Source: a virus
Taxonomy: Duplodnaviria; Heunggongvirae; Uroviricota; Caudoviricetes
IMG/VR virus record: IMGVR_UViG_3300022468_000500
DNA length: 64,000 nucleotides
Direction: 5' to 3' (one strand)
Shown here piece after piece: positions 9,898 to 18,555 of this stretch; the first letter of the stretch is position 1, and the number at the start of each line of letters is the position of its first letter. The notes under the pieces were generated by a model, which did not search any database, had not been told where the DNA came from, and saw only the letters and a program-made list of their open reading frames with translations. A program made the translations under genes and the position numbers.

Positions 9898-9972
9898 GGT
9901 TGCGTACCCCTGAATCGAACAGGTCCTGAGGCTTATGAGACCCCTGTGCTTCCATCACACCCGGCCGCGTTA
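9898..9972 (-). ncRNA. tRNA-like element (T-loop TTCGATT, CCA-like end) without foldable acceptor
   Basis: 3' half is tRNA-like; no complementary 5' acceptor found. Confidence 0.25.
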
Positions 9973-10401
9973 AATTTCTAAATAATCGAAGTCTCTATTA
10001 TACGCTGATTTGACGAGTCCGTCAAGCCAGAATTTTGTCAACTTGTCGCAAGCTACTCTAGCTTGAAATAATAGTGCATCCATCTCAAATGGTTGCGATC
10101 TAAAATACTTACGAATAGCTGTGTTATACTCAAATTGATCGAACATAGATAGATCACTACCGGTAGATAAATCGAATCTACCAGTTAAATGCTGAGTATA
10201 ATGCCTGTACTCATGAGCCATAATACTAGCAAGTGTAACTTGCCCTTCATTTTCCCTGTCTACTACGACTAGGTCCCGTGAACCAGTATTGTAGTATCCG
10301 CTGTACTTCTGACCTGTATAAGGCTCTATGATTACTCGTGGAGGGTCGATACCTTTTCTTTCTGAGAGAGGTATCCATGTCAGACGTTCTGTTGAATACA
10401 T
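9970..10401 (-). CDS. HExxH-motif protein (possible zinc metallopeptidase)
   Basis: MAHEYRHY motif. Confidence 0.4.
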   Translation of the reverse strand: MYSTERLTWIPLSERKGIDPPRVIIEPYTGQKYSGYYNTGSRDLVVVDRENEGQVTLASIMAHEYRHYTQHLTGRFDLSTGSDLSMFDQFEYNTAIRKYFRSQPFEMDALLFQARVACDKLTKFWLDGLVKSAYNRDFDYLEI

Positions 10402-10472
10402 AGGTTATTGTCCGTAAAACATTAATTATACAGACAATAAGCAATGAAATCAAGTATTTAATTTCAAATTTA

Positions 10473-10565
10473 TGGCGGAAGGAGTGAGACTCGAACTCAC
10501 ACACCCATTTCTGAGCCTTCGGTTTTCAAGACCGCTGCCGCTAGACCAACTCGGCTAACCCTTCC
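10473..10565 (-). tRNA. trnS(uga): tRNA-Ser(UGA), class II
   Basis: 93 nt with long variable arm; acceptor GGAAGGG/TCCTTCC; D arm GCCGAGTTGGTCTAGCGGC; anticodon stem CGGT/ACCG loop CTTGAAA; CCA encoded. Confidence 0.65.
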
Positions 10566-10567
10566 AT

Positions 10568-10828
10568 TTATCCTCTAACAGTAGAGGTTACTTTAACCTC
10601 TACTGTTGTATTCAACTTTACATTAAGTTCTTCGCCAAGAGCGTAAAACTTAACAGCTTTTTTATTTACGTATTCTTGTAGCAGATTAACATCTGAAACC
10701 ATAGCAAATTTTTCTACAGTTACTGGATAACTGGCATTATAACTACCACGATTACCCTCATATGGATCATAATGATGCTCTGTCTCTTGCCACGTAACTA
10801 AAAATTTATTCGGTTTGTTGCTTAGCAT
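10568..10828 (-). CDS. hypothetical protein
   Basis: 86-aa ORF. Confidence 0.35.
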   Translation of the reverse strand: MLSNKPNKFLVTWQETEHHYDPYEGNRGSYNASYPVTVEKFAMVSDVNLLQEYVNKKAVKFYALGEELNVKLNTTVEVKVTSTVRG

Positions 10829-11396
10829 ACTCTTTTTCTAATGCTTCGGCACGTAGATGCAGTCGAAGCTCAACTTCGTCGCTATGCATCCAAATGTCCT
10901 TATTATCTAGTAGACTTTGAATTTCTTCCGGTGTTAGGAAATGCTTGTAAATATCGCCTAGGAACTTAGTAGACCATTCACGTTCAAATACTGCCTGGTC
11001 GTATTGTTCTCCACCTTTACCTACAATGCCACCGCTATAGTTGTGGAACATCCATAAAGAATGAGGAGTAATTTCCCAAGAATCAGCACATAGGAAGATC
11101 ATAGTTCCAGCACTCATGCAAGAACCCTCAACACTACAGGTAACGTGTGCTTGTGTCTCGCCTAGAACTCTAGTAAATTGAAGAGCTGTATCTACATCGC
11201 CACCACCAGTATTAAGGTGGATTTTAACGCTATCATCAGGACCGGCATGACGAATTTCGTTAAACCATTCTACATAGTTATCTGGACTAAGAATAGGACC
11301 ACTAAGATAGTATTCCAGGCTTTGTGCTAGATTACGCTTAAATGAGTTACTACCCATTCCACTTAACATTGCTAATCCATCTAGGTTATCGTCCAT
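10806..11396 (-). CDS. ClpP-like serine protease (S14 family)
   Basis: HLNTGGGDVDTALQ...GSCMSAGTMIF resembles the ClpP core around the active-site Ser. Confidence 0.55.
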   Translation of the reverse strand: MDDNLDGLAMLSGMGSNSFKRNLAQSLEYYLSGPILSPDNYVEWFNEIRHAGPDDSVKIHLNTGGGDVDTALQFTRVLGETQAHVTCSVEGSCMSAGTMIFLCADSWEITPHSLWMFHNYSGGIVGKGGEQYDQAVFEREWSTKFLGDIYKHFLTPEEIQSLLDNKDIWMHSDEVELRLHLRAEALEKEYAKQQTE

Positions 11397-11617
11397 AGTA
11401 GCCCTTATTATAATTATGAAAATGACTAGGCCGGTGGGGTATCCGCTCTTTCGATTCAGTCGAGGTCGCTGCCCATCCTCCGTTTGCTTTCCTTACCTAA
11501 TCGTGCTAGCAATTCTTGATACCCAAGCTAATAGTATCACGTCCTAGTGGCCTAGAGACTTATGGATGCTCTAGAGGAATTTAAACAGGGATTGCAACCT
11601 GTTCGAGCTATTTTCTT

Positions 11618-11692
11618 TGGTACTGCGTACGAGAGTCGAACTCGTGTGAACGGAATGAAAGCCCGCTATCCTAACCACTAGATGAACGCAGT
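11618..11692 (-). tRNA. trnE(uuc): tRNA-Glu(UUC)
   Basis: Perfect acceptor ACTGCGT/ACGCAGT; D arm TC-ATCT-AGTGGTT-AGGAT like E. coli tRNA-Glu; anticodon loop CTTTCAT; CCA encoded. Confidence 0.65.
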
Positions 11693-11697
11693 ATATA

Positions 11698-11777
11698 TGG
11701 TGCTCCCACCGGGAATCGAACCCGGTTCTCTCAGGTGAAAGCTGAGGATCCTATTACCATATGTAGACGACAGGAGC
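11698..11777 (-). tRNA. second tRNA-Glu(UUC)-like gene with enlarged D-loop
   Basis: Acceptor GCTCCTG/TGGGAGC, anticodon stem CTCAG/CTGAG loop CTTTCAC, T arm CCGGG-TTCGATT-CCCGG, CCA encoded; 80 nt. Confidence 0.45.
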
Positions 11778-11784
11778 ATATTGT

Positions 11785-12099
11785 TTAAATTTCGAGCCAG
11801 GTATCATCGCCGCCTACGCGGAGACCATCGTGCTCGTCGGGGTTGTAATCTTCGAAATGGCCTTCGATATTATCAGTGTAATGATCATCGCTATAATCAG
11901 CTTCTTCATCATAATCCTCAGACATTTCAGACTCAGGGTAGTACCCGAATGATTCAGCATGTTGCTTTGCAGCTTCCCATGCGTAATCATCCAGTTCATC
12001 TTGAGTCATGTCAACAGGAACGAGATAGAATTCTGCGCTATCAGTGCCTGCACAGCCTGCGTACATACGCAGAACCATTTTCTTAAATTCTTGTTGCAT
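11785..12099 (-). CDS. highly acidic small protein
   Basis: About 35% D/E with aromatic residues (DELDDYAWE...EDYDEEADYSDDHYTD); DNA-mimic-like composition. Confidence 0.45.
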   Translation of the reverse strand: MQQEFKKMVLRMYAGCAGTDSAEFYLVPVDMTQDELDDYAWEAAKQHAESFGYYPESEMSEDYDEEADYSDDHYTDNIEGHFEDYNPDEHDGLRVGGDDTWLEI

Positions 12100-12290
12100 G
12101 ATATTCTTTAATTATTGAAAGATATAATTATATCTAATTTATACTGTTTGTTCAAGACAAAATTTATAATGCTGAGTCCGACTATACGAAGGTTTCAGCC
12201 TCGCATTTCTACATATGCCTATACACCTAGTCAGGGCTTTAATGCTGTAACTTCGTGACTAGCGAAGTGCGGGCTCACCATTATAAATTT

Positions 12291-12379
12291 TGGCGGAAGA
12301 TAGAGGGTTCGAACCTCTGCGCCCCGTTAGGGACTTCGGCTTAGCAAGCCGACGCTTTTACCAATTCAGCCAATCTTCC
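12291..12379 (-). tRNA. trnS(gcu): tRNA-Ser(GCU), class II
   Basis: Perfect acceptor GGAAGAT/ATCTTCC, anticodon stem TCGGC/GCCGA loop TTGCTAA, long variable arm, CCA encoded. Confidence 0.65.
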
Positions 12380-12595
12380 GAATATACGAGAACAAGTCGA
12401 AAATACTACAACGGCTTGCGCCACTCGTGTCCTAAACCACTAGACGATAACGGCTTATACTGCCGTTACGGGGATTCGAACTCCGGTTCCGAGTTTGAAA
12501 TGAAGTAAGTATTACCTACACTACGTATGTATGAGAATGTGAGAACAAAGCAACAACAGAGATTTTAGCGCTCTAACCAACTGGGCTACTCGGGC

Positions 12596-12690
12596 TATGT
12601 GCCCAAGGTAGGATTCGAACCTACGACCTCTCGATTAATAGTCGAAGTAACTGTTATCTAACACTACACATAAAAACTGCACAAGAACAG
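12596..12690 (-). ncRNA. tRNA-like element (candidate Y-RNA-like module) downstream of the Ro60 gene
   Basis: Perfect T arm GTAGG-TTCGAAT-CCTAC and GTGTAGTGT/GTTACTTC box but no canonical acceptor or anticodon arm. Confidence 0.3.
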
Positions 12691-12767
12691 AGCTAAACAG
12701 AAATGCTTTCGGCTGGGACCAGCTGCTATACCAATTCGCATACTCCGCAGGTTTTACGCCACGAGAG

Positions 12768-12850
12768 GTAGGACTCGAACCTACAAACGCTTGTTTGAAG
12801 TAACCGTTTATTTCACTATGTGCGTATGAGTTAGCCTAGAATAAGTTAGT
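12768..12850 (-). ncRNA. tRNA-like element (candidate Y-RNA-like module)
   Basis: T arm GTAGG-TTCGAGT-CCTAC; anticodon arm replaced by tetraloop hairpin AAAC-AAGC-GTTT; GAAGTAAC box. Confidence 0.3.
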
Positions 12851-13076
12851 ATAGTGCAATGCCACCAGATGGCAATTTTTCCTGAAGAGAAAAATAAAGA
12901 ATCGAACTTTGAAGTAACTATACAATTCGCAAAGGCTTAGAAAATGGTAGCAACAGTAATGAAATAGTGTGTTTCTGCATAGGTGAAGTAACTATTTCGG
13001 ACAGCATACCATGTTCTAAGCCTTCGCAGGCTTAGAGTACCACTCTTAATAGGACTGACTACCTACACGTGTGGAT

Positions 13077-14402
13077 TTATAGACCAGAAGCTTCTAGCTC
13101 CTGGATGTAAGAGATAACAGCTTCTGAGAAGCCATTAACCTTTTCGTAACCAGCAACGTTGCCAACACCGTTTTGGCAATTGGATACGTTAACAATATAG
13201 TTCTTACCACCGTTCTTAGCTGCTGGCAGTGGATCATGTGTTTGTTCGTCAGTGAACACGATAACACGAGCATGTGGATAGCGAGAGTGAACGTCGCGAA
13301 CCGCAGTACCTAGGTGAGTGCCTCCGTGAGGTTGGCTAGCACTTAGTTGCTCACGTAGTGCGAAACCGCGACCTGCGTTATTCAGATACTTGATCTGATT
13401 AGAGAAAGTAGCAATGGTCACATCTTCACAGATTTCCTGTGCAAGCATAGCTAGAGCAGCAGCTGCATCGAAACGATCTAGCTCTGACTTATCGCTAACC
13501 TTAGGGCCGAACATAGAACGGGACACGTCTACTAGTAGAACGGTCTTACCACGTAGCTTAGGCAGATCAGTACATGACTTGAACATCATGCCTTCTAGCA
13601 GTTCGCTAAGCTGAGGTACATGCTGACGAGCAGCAACGTAACGGAAAGGCAGAACCTTAGATACGTTAACAGTACTTGCGTATTCAGCCATTAGCTGCAT
13701 AGAAACACCACTTTGTACCATATTACGAAGGTTACGGATGAATGCAAGAGCACCCAGCTTGTTTTCCTTCATAAGACGAGTGAACGTCAGACCCTTATCC
13801 GCACCAGCAGACAGTTCAACTTCCCAAGTATCTGGAGTTACCAGAGCCTTATCGGCTACCTTCTTGAACAGGATTTCCTGTTCTGCAGAAGCTGGCTTAG
13901 GGTGAGTCAGGAACATAACATCACGAATGGTGATGGCAGCAGAATTCTTATCCCACTTAGCTAGGCTGTATTCATTGAACTTAGCGAATGCCATTGCCAG
14001 GCCCTTGCGGACTTGGTTGGAGATAGCGCACTTCTTTTCCTGCCAGTAAAGTGCTAGGAAAGTACCCATTTCGTCTGGACGCTGAATCACGGTAGCCAGA
14101 TCAGCTGCCTTCAGGTTACCACGACGAGCTAGTTCACGAGCCAGCAGCAGAGGTACGTGACGAAGATTGTGCTTCGTACGCGCTTCGATCATAAGCTCAG
14201 CTACAGCAGTAGGATGACACTTAGGAACAAGCGTAGAAATTAGTTGTGCTGAAGTAACACCGTCAACATAGAAGGTATCTTCGAACAGCATAGAAGCTAG
14301 CACCATACGACGCAGCTTAACCATATCAGGTTCAGTACGCGTTGCTAGGCCTTCATAGTTTTTAACCATAGGAGCTACAACACGACGATTTACATTAGCC
14401 AT
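13077..14402 (-). CDS. rsr: Ro60-like TROVE-domain protein with C-terminal vWA domain (Rsr ortholog)
   Basis: 441 aa; N-terminal helical TROVE-like region; C-terminal vWA with MIDAS motif DVSRSM, as in Ro60 and Rsr. Confidence 0.75.
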   Translation of the reverse strand: MANVNRRVVAPMVKNYEGLATRTEPDMVKLRRMVLASMLFEDTFYVDGVTSAQLISTLVPKCHPTAVAELMIEARTKHNLRHVPLLLARELARRGNLKAADLATVIQRPDEMGTFLALYWQEKKCAISNQVRKGLAMAFAKFNEYSLAKWDKNSAAITIRDVMFLTHPKPASAEQEILFKKVADKALVTPDTWEVELSAGADKGLTFTRLMKENKLGALAFIRNLRNMVQSGVSMQLMAEYASTVNVSKVLPFRYVAARQHVPQLSELLEGMMFKSCTDLPKLRGKTVLLVDVSRSMFGPKVSDKSELDRFDAAAALAMLAQEICEDVTIATFSNQIKYLNNAGRGFALREQLSASQPHGGTHLGTAVRDVHSRYPHARVIVFTDEQTHDPLPAAKNGGKNYIVNVSNCQNGVGNVAGYEKVNGFSEAVISYIQELEASGL

Positions 14403-14691
14403 TTTAATTTGCTTTCTTTTTGTTAAATTTAGTTAGTTTTAGAGATAGATGTTAATCGTAAACAGTTGCACACTTATTTAATTTTTAGCCAGATAACTCA
14501 GTGCATAAAACTGGGGTTCTTGTTTTAACTGTCAAGTCAGGTTGCTAACAAATTATTTCTAATAGTCAGCGGCTAGTATAATGAAGTAACTGTATTTAAT
14601 GAAACTGCTTTCGCTCATCTCAAACTGCAATACTATCTTCTAAAACATTAATTATACAGATTTTTGATTATGATTTCAAGTTTAAATTTAC

Positions 14692-14947
14692 TATGGTCAC
14701 TCAACGCTTGAATTTGAGGTCGCCCCGCTCTTCATGGCTGGTCCTTGCATTAGCCGGCTTTTCAAGTATTTCAGTTGTTCCACTGTAGCGACTGTGACCA
14801 TATCTAGTAACACTAATTAGGAGTAAGGCTCAACTTAAACCTCCCACACTGCACAGGTTCTTTACCCTATTGTGCCCCGTCTTTCACAGCAGTAGTTGAG
14901 CTTCTGCTGTACCTCACAGATAAGTGTTAATTAGTGTTACTAGATAT
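14692..14947 (-). ncRNA. highly structured nested-hairpin RNA element upstream of the Ro60 gene (Y-RNA candidate)
   Basis: 18-bp perfect inverted repeat atctagtaacactaatta / taattagtgttactagat enclosing about 95 nt with inner IR gctcaact/agttgagc; additional IR atggtcac/gtgaccat. Confidence 0.4.
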
Positions 14948-15023
14948 GGTAGGTGTGGAGGGATTCGAACCCTCGGTAGTCCGGTTAAAAGCCGGGTGCT
15001 TTAAGCCTCTAAGCTACACACCA
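14948..15023 (-). tRNA. trnK(uuu): tRNA-Lys(UUU)
   Basis: D stem GCTT/AAGC, anticodon loop CTTTTAA, T arm GAGGG-TTCGAAT-CCCTC, CCA encoded; T1-T72 terminal mismatch. Confidence 0.55.
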
Positions 15024-15041
15024 ATAATTTTGTTGAACGAT

Positions 15042-15242
15042 TTAGCCGTCCCAACCTTCGTCAATGTTGATAGTGATTCCGTCGCCTTCTACAATATAAC
15101 CGTCACCTTCGTCCATAGCAATGTCCTTTCGGTTTAGTTCTCCGCGCTCGCTCTTGTAGGGTCGAGTGTGAGACCCTGCATGACGCCGCATTGCATGCGC
15201 AACATAAGGATTGCGTTGTTTAATCTTTAATTGTTTGCCCAT
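15042..15242 (-). CDS. hypothetical protein
   Basis: 66-aa ORF. Confidence 0.3.
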   Translation of the reverse strand: MGKQLKIKQRNPYVAHAMRRHAGSHTRPYKSERGELNRKDIAMDEGDGYIVEGDGITINIDEGWDG

Positions 15243-15384
15243 TATATTTCCAAAGAATAAGAATTATACATGAAAGGGAAACTTTAATCAAGAATAAATT
15301 TTCGCAACCCTTATATTGTTTTACTGTTTTGTCCAGCGAATATAAGTATTATACGCGCTTTATAGACACAAATCAAGTGTAAAT

Positions 15385-15864
15385 TTAGCCAATCAAATCG
15401 CCTAAATTATTAATTGTTTTATCCACTAGTATGTTAGGAGTACGATACAGGGGATGGCAATCGTGATACGCAGTTATTGTCAATCTAGTAGGGTATGAGA
15501 TTCTTGGCTCATTGCTGATAGTCCAAGGACCCCAGTCTAATCTACCAGTAATACGGTAGTAGCCTAATGAATCTTTTTTAACTACTTCTACAGGAATTGG
15601 TGTACTCGAAACACCACGTAAATCTGTAAGCACTGCATAGGCGCCGACAAACGAACAAGTTCGAGTTTTCATCATGTTGCCATATACAACGATGACGCCT
15701 TCTTTTGTAATTGGATATGCATCCACTACTTTGAACTCAGTTAGTACTGGCATCCATCTTTGTTCAACAGATGGGCCATAAGCCAACACACTAAATAGCA
15801 TCATAAGCGCTAGTAGTACTGTTGTAATAGCGGCTAACAGAGCACGAATAAATCTGGTTTTCAT
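15385..15864 (-). CDS. membrane-anchored protein
   Basis: N-terminal hydrophobic helix ALLAAITTVLLALMMLFSVLAY. Confidence 0.4.
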   Translation of the reverse strand: MKTRFIRALLAAITTVLLALMMLFSVLAYGPSVEQRWMPVLTEFKVVDAYPITKEGVIVVYGNMMKTRTCSFVGAYAVLTDLRGVSSTPIPVEVVKKDSLGYYRITGRLDWGPWTISNEPRISYPTRLTITAYHDCHPLYRTPNILVDKTINNLGDLIG

Positions 15865-16064
15865 GCTGGTAACACCTTTAATCCGTATTTAAATATCCAG
15901 GCTAACAAGGCGAGTACGGCACTGCCTAGTGTTAAAATGCCCCAAATTAGAGCTTTATCTCTATCTGATTGCAAACTTTTCAGTTGCTGGTTAGTAGTAC
16001 TGAGTTGTGCTTGTAAAGTCTTTACTTGCTCCTGCAAAACAGCTATGTTGACTTGGTCCGACAT
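15861..16064 (-). CDS. small coiled-coil membrane protein
   Basis: N-terminal heptad-rich segment plus C-terminal TM helix; overlaps downstream ORF start. Confidence 0.4.
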   Translation of the reverse strand: MSDQVNIAVLQEQVKTLQAQLSTTNQQLKSLQSDRDKALIWGILTLGSAVLALLAWIFKYGLKVLPA

Positions 16065-16172
16065 TAGACTTCTCCCTAAAGGTTTCTGTGCTCATATTTG
16101 TGATCCTTAAAAAGATGCACGAACAAAAGCACGCCAGGCATTTCTACCTAGCGTGCTATTACTCGTTATGAG

Positions 16173-16248
16173 TGGCAGGGGACCTAGGACTCGAACCTAA
16201 ACCGTGACAGTCAAAGTGTCATGTGCTGACCAATTACACTAATCCCCA
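16173..16248 (-). tRNA. trnQ(uug): tRNA-Gln(UUG)
   Basis: Anticodon stem TGACA/TGTCA loop CTTTGAC, T arm TTAGG-TTCGAGT-CCTAG, CCA encoded. Confidence 0.6.
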
Positions 16249-16251
16249 GTA

Positions 16252-16728
16252 TTACACATCCCAGGCAGTCTTACCGACGTACCCAGAATTCCTAGCAGGA
16301 AAAGACTTCATTAATTCGTCTAATCCTGCGTTTACTTCTAGTACAAGCGTTGGATGCATGTACTCAAAATTGTCTGGAACATTCCAGACAACAGACTTTC
16401 GTTCAATATCTTCGTTATATCCTGTACCTGCAAAAGTACGAAGCGTTTGTACCTTGTTTTCTTCGTTAACAAAAACAATCTTTTGAGCCCACTCGATAAG
16501 ATTCGCACTAACAGGTACTAGGGCATACGTAGCAGAGCCAGCAGCACGAGCATTAACACCACGTCCACTAGAAACGGTAGCTGCTGTAGCAGAGCGAAGG
16601 ATGCCAGCACTGCATACGAATAGCACGCGAGGAAAACTTCCTTGATACGGATTATCATATGGAGCAGTCAGTTCAAAAATCTTATCAGTTAATGTTTGTT
16701 GTGTCATATAAAACTTTTTTCCAGCCAT
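16252..16728 (-). CDS. low-molecular-weight protein tyrosine phosphatase-like (CX5R P-loop)
   Basis: VLFVCSAGILRSATAA matches the LMW-PTP/ArsC CX5R(S) signature. Confidence 0.6.
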   Translation of the reverse strand: MAGKKFYMTQQTLTDKIFELTAPYDNPYQGSFPRVLFVCSAGILRSATAATVSSGRGVNARAAGSATYALVPVSANLIEWAQKIVFVNEENKVQTLRTFAGTGYNEDIERKSVVWNVPDNFEYMHPTLVLEVNAGLDELMKSFPARNSGYVGKTAWDV

Positions 16729-16960
16729 TCAACTTCAATGTTTTAGATGGTGGTTCATCATTAAGCCAGCTAACTGTTAGATACCTATTTCTAGTTGTTT
16801 GTACTAGATCATCAGTTAGTTTGACGATTTTTGAAGTCCAAATACGTTGTCTTTTTGTTGATTTCTTTTTTGATGAATACTTTAAAGGTAGACCAGATAG
16901 GGTCATTTCCCCTAACTCGTTTTCATCTAAATAACATTGTTCTAAAATTATTGTATTCAT
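16685..16960 (-). CDS. hypothetical protein
   Basis: 91-aa ORF. Confidence 0.35.
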   Translation of the reverse strand: MNTIILEQCYLDENELGEMTLSGLPLKYSSKKKSTKRQRIWTSKIVKLTDDLVQTTRNRYLTVSWLNDEPPSKTLKLNGWKKVLYDTTNIN

Positions 16961-17049
16961 AATAATTGGTGGAATATATCGGACTACGTAGTTACCGACA
17001 ATCTAGGGCTACTGCCTAAATCAGTTCGACGTTACTGCTATCCCATAAA

Positions 17050-17125
17050 TGGTGGACCGTGTGGGAATCGAACCCACCGATAACTGCTTGCAAAGCAGTC
17101 AAGAACCCCAGCTCAATCACAGCCC
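17050..17125 (-). tRNA. trnA(ugc): tRNA-Ala(UGC)-like
   Basis: Anticodon stem ACTGC/GCAGT loop TTTGCAA, T arm GTGGG-TTCGATT-CCCAC, acceptor GGGCTGT/ACGGTCC with G-U pairs; irregular D arm. Confidence 0.5.
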
Positions 17126-17317
17126 ATTTAATTCATAACACTGGTAGGTACTTTTAGCACTCTGGGCACATAAGTAGTTTAGGTCAACGTATGACGTATC
17201 TGCTTCTTACGAAATCGGATTGCAAGCCCAATATACAGAACCTATGCATCACCCGTACACTATCCTAGGTTGTACGTTCTTTAGCATTAACTATGTTCAC
17301 CAGTGTGATGAATTAAA

Positions 17318-17402
17318 TGGTCGGAATGGTAGGATTCGAACCTACGTGTGCATTACGCCTTGCTCCCAAAGCAAGTGACTAACCAGACTAGCCTACACTC
17401 CG
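17318..17402 (-). tRNA. 85-nt tRNA with Pro(UGG)-type anticodon loop and a 13-nt variable arm
   Basis: Acceptor CGGAGTG/CATTCCG, D stem GGCT/AGTC, anticodon stem CTTGC/GCAAG loop TTTGGGA, T arm GTAGG-TTCGAAT-CCTAC, CCA encoded. Confidence 0.45.
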
Positions 17403-17568
17403 ATATCCTAGTTATCCGATCTAGGAACGTCGCCATGCTAATTTTAGCTGACTAGGGCCGAACTCTCATCCACCTGTTGTTTCGTCTTATTTATCGCACA
17501 ACAACTATTGCGATTTATATAATTATACAATGTTTGAAAGATCAGATCAAGTCTGAATTTTCAATGCC

Positions 17569-18045
17569 TTACCAGTAATAAGGGACACTGGTCTCACCAC
17601 GAGCAACTCTAGGAGTTTCTACATCCAATAGTTCCAGCTTTACGAAGTTTTCATCAGTTAAGCTGTACCAAGTGTACTCGTAATTGCAAATAGTGATCCA
17701 AGAGTATCCTGAAGCACTAATATCTGCTTTTTGGACTTCGCGTTCCCACATGCGTCCTTTACGACGAAGTGGGCGGTTAACTAAAGTACGAACCCACCAG
17801 CCGGGAGTTTCGCCAACCCATTGATATTCACTGCTATAGTCTTTACGTTTTTTCTTCGTGAAGACTCCGGGCTTTTCTACGCTAAATGAACGCTCGATCT
17901 CGTAGGGAGCACACTCTACGTAACGACCAGTACTGTAATTGTATTCTCTGTTAACAACTGCAGTATAAGGTACGCGTTCATATTCGTCAATTGCGTGATC
18001 AGGAAAACGTAGTTTCCAGTGACGATCTTTGTAAGTTCTGCTCAT
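17569..18045 (-). CDS. hypothetical protein
   Basis: 158-aa ORF. Confidence 0.4.
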   Translation of the reverse strand: MSRTYKDRHWKLRFPDHAIDEYERVPYTAVVNREYNYSTGRYVECAPYEIERSFSVEKPGVFTKKKRKDYSSEYQWVGETPGWWVRTLVNRPLRRKGRMWEREVQKADISASGYSWITICNYEYTWYSLTDENFVKLELLDVETPRVARGETSVPYYW

Positions 18046-18093
18046 ATATGCTCCTGTAAAATTGAAATTTAATACAATCGCATAATGTTCTCC

Positions 18094-18555
18094 TTACGGT
18101 TTAAATTTGTGTAGATACACTGTATTATTAGATAGTGTTTGTTCAATAATGGCTAGAACAACTTGCTCATTTAATCCGCCTAGCCCTGCTCCGATCAGAT
18201 AGGGAATATGAATCGGTAGCTTAGTACCTTTTACGGTTTCAAGGCAAGACTCTAGTGCGTCATAACTAGCATACTTTTTACCATCTTTACCATAAAATTC
18301 TTGGGTAAAGCAATTAGCAATGTAAAACTCTTTATTTCGGAAATCGGGGTAGTACGTTACCACTCTTCCTAATAAATTCTCTGAATCATGCCAATACTTT
18401 TTACATAACGCAGCATACGGAATAAATATGTTTGGATACTTATCACGTAGCTGTTTGGCTACACCACTACCCATTACGCCTTGGCAATTAACACCTTGAA
18501 GGATAACACCTTCAACTACATCACATATATTACTGTTTTCTTTAATTTCAATCAT
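18094..18555 (-). CDS. macro domain protein (TARG1/OARD1-like ADP-ribose processing)
   Basis: GVNCQGVMGSGVAKQ and IGAGLGG motifs resemble the HCISEDCRMGAGIA and glycine-rich loops of TARG1-type macrodomains. Confidence 0.55.
   Translation of the reverse strand: MIEIKENSNICDVVEGVILQGVNCQGVMGSGVAKQLRDKYPNIFIPYAALCKKYWHDSENLLGRVVTYYPDFRNKEFYIANCFTQEFYGKDGKKYASYDALESCLETVKGTKLPIHIPYLIGAGLGGLNEQVVLAIIEQTLSNNTVYLHKFKP

Noticed and set aside
10247-10504. 85-aa ORF starting inside tRNA-Ser
   Set aside because: It overlaps tRNA-Ser(UGA) and is nested against the better-supported ORF 9970..10401. The frame is spurious.
14934-15137. 67-aa ORF translating to ...GFEPSVV...
   Set aside because: It is the antisense of tRNA-Lys(UUU). 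The GFEPS peptide is the usual artefact of translating a T-loop.
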